A DNA stretch of 64,000 nucleotides from Eledone cirrhosa (taxonomy: Eukaryota), in assembly GCA_964016885.1 (NCBI GenBank), contig OZ024742.1, positions 74,524,001 through 74,588,000 on the forward strand. Direction: 5' to 3'. The position numbers and the translations under genes were made by a program. Numbering within the stretch: position 1 is the first letter of the stretch; each line of letters opens with the position of its first letter. Shown here one piece after another: positions 63,701 through 64,000 of the stretch. A model generated the notes under the pieces. It did not search any database and was not told the DNA's origin. It was given only the letters and a program-made list of their open reading frames with translations.

Positions 63701-64000
63701 CGATTAACCCCTTAAGGCTGTTACACCCCCCTCTATCGGGACATGCCCCTACATAGTCCCAACGTGCATCTAGGATACCATTCCAGTCCCCCACTAAAAG
63801 CAAGGAGCGGGACGTCCCTAGAAAAGTCTCCAGACGATGGAAGAAGTCCGACCGCATTGCCCCAAAAGGGGCGTATACGGCGACAAGCCTAAAAGCTTCG
63901 CCTTCGCCATTGCCAAGGTCCAGAACCACGAGTCGACCCTCCGGGTCCAAGTGTACCGTCTGTGTAGCGAGACCCAGATGTTTTTGCAGCAGAACGACAA
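60771..64000 (-). CDS. Tx1/L1-like ORF2 (APE endonuclease-RT-zinc-binding domain), open to the window edge; 3' UTR 60549-60770
   Basis: AVYAP, GDWN, SYLDR, SDH, WKLN, SPGLDGLP, FRPITLLN, AYADD and CPRC motifs with no stop in more than 1070 codons. AATAAA near the 3' end, which abuts (TGTC)n. Confidence 0.93.
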   Translation of the reverse strand, partial: VVLLQKHLGLATQTVHLDPEGRLVVLDLGNGEGEAFRLVAVYAPFGAMRSDFFHRLETFLGTSRSLLLVGDWNGILDARWDYVGACPDRGGCNSLKGLIGRFDLADRYRLDFPTVPTWTWSNNSGQSRSYLDRFLVRIKDRDFLSCPEMLMVGYSDHKLVTCVVHLDRTHRQGPGYWKLNLSLPASRAYRDRIRTLVKEQLTGAIVNNRWWGSLKREIRVVSIGVSKELASDRNRKERELVVNVEEAMRSGNVARVQASRTVLNQFFDAKHEGCVVRSKIRALGNEGTKAVSWARVTEAKSGIKSTIRSLRDQDGRLILEPKQMCEAFQRHFAQLFGRGGEPVGDVDFGPYLDGLPRLSDGEARSCDGPISAAEIGDVLSLCGKRKSPGLDGLPYELYINMPDLFPDLLEAVYCNWQQNGRIPCSVTKGVVSLVRKDENKGDDISNFRPITLLNAELKILAKVLAKRLALVVGGLVGDAQTCAIPSRSIHDNLHLMRYIIERVGNEPGFGGALINLDQSKAFDRVDHGYLDAVLAAAGFGPVFRGWITAMHSSRICSRIKVNGYLSEPFEITRSIRQGCPLSSLLYVLTLEPLLRKLELLQGIPLEPGLRKAVSAYADDVTVMVSTASEIEAIGTLLEEYERLTGAKLNRDKSVALQLGEWRGKAMSCDGIVGRWTEGPVKLLGVWFGPDLQVEKNWGEVTNRVFALTQKWAECKLSLKGRAEVANAYIASVIYYRLTVVPCPGEILVKMERALFYFLWKKRSPLVRRSICCQHPLKGGLGMPWLKMRKHALRLRHLHVFLTGQPVWAPFVRRAFPRLVSLTELQSWVKQRPRKLGDWHTECAQALTALWQADPAIDGDSTSSFYRGLVVSGCDDALGEALGMEEDELASLFGRTFGPGPMDNFQKSLAWQCYRGALPVRDKLYRHGRPGRDPSKKICPRCVRDEETVAHALVHCPGVADLWGYVEQLLSRVGPIRLTTESIVTIKPPPPFKNEGEAVFLCVIAMVKEAIWWTRLKGLRSDTILSGQQLVLFFRYHFGRRIRMEREVLHSSQFYERWVKVARMARVNGPSLYLSL

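Overview
AT-rich, microsatellite-dense animal genomic DNA. The SINE types and the (TA)n/(CATA)n load suggest a cephalopod, probably an octopus (inference). Most ORF-track entries are microsatellite artefacts. The supported content is: (1) a spliced host gene on the minus strand at about 0.6-7.6 kb that the ORF track misses, with four exons joining in phase into a 181-aa probable secreted glycoprotein and a candidate signal-peptide exon upstream; (2) non-LTR retrotransposons, namely Tx1/L1-like, RTE and R4/Dong-like (restriction-like endonuclease) elements, several ending in or flanked by a specific microsatellite (TAA, CATA, GACA); (3) Penelope-like remnants and about 15 short fold-back or tandem elements in (TA)n tracts, most carrying a whole or half minimal type I hammerhead ribozyme. 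These include a near-identical 310-bp retrozyme-like tandem array at 55.1-56.4 kb. Their inversion centres repeatedly fall inside the ribozyme, once exactly at the predicted cleavage site. The rest is tRNA-derived SINEs, a mariner remnant, MITE-like and Helentron-like elements, and simple repeats.
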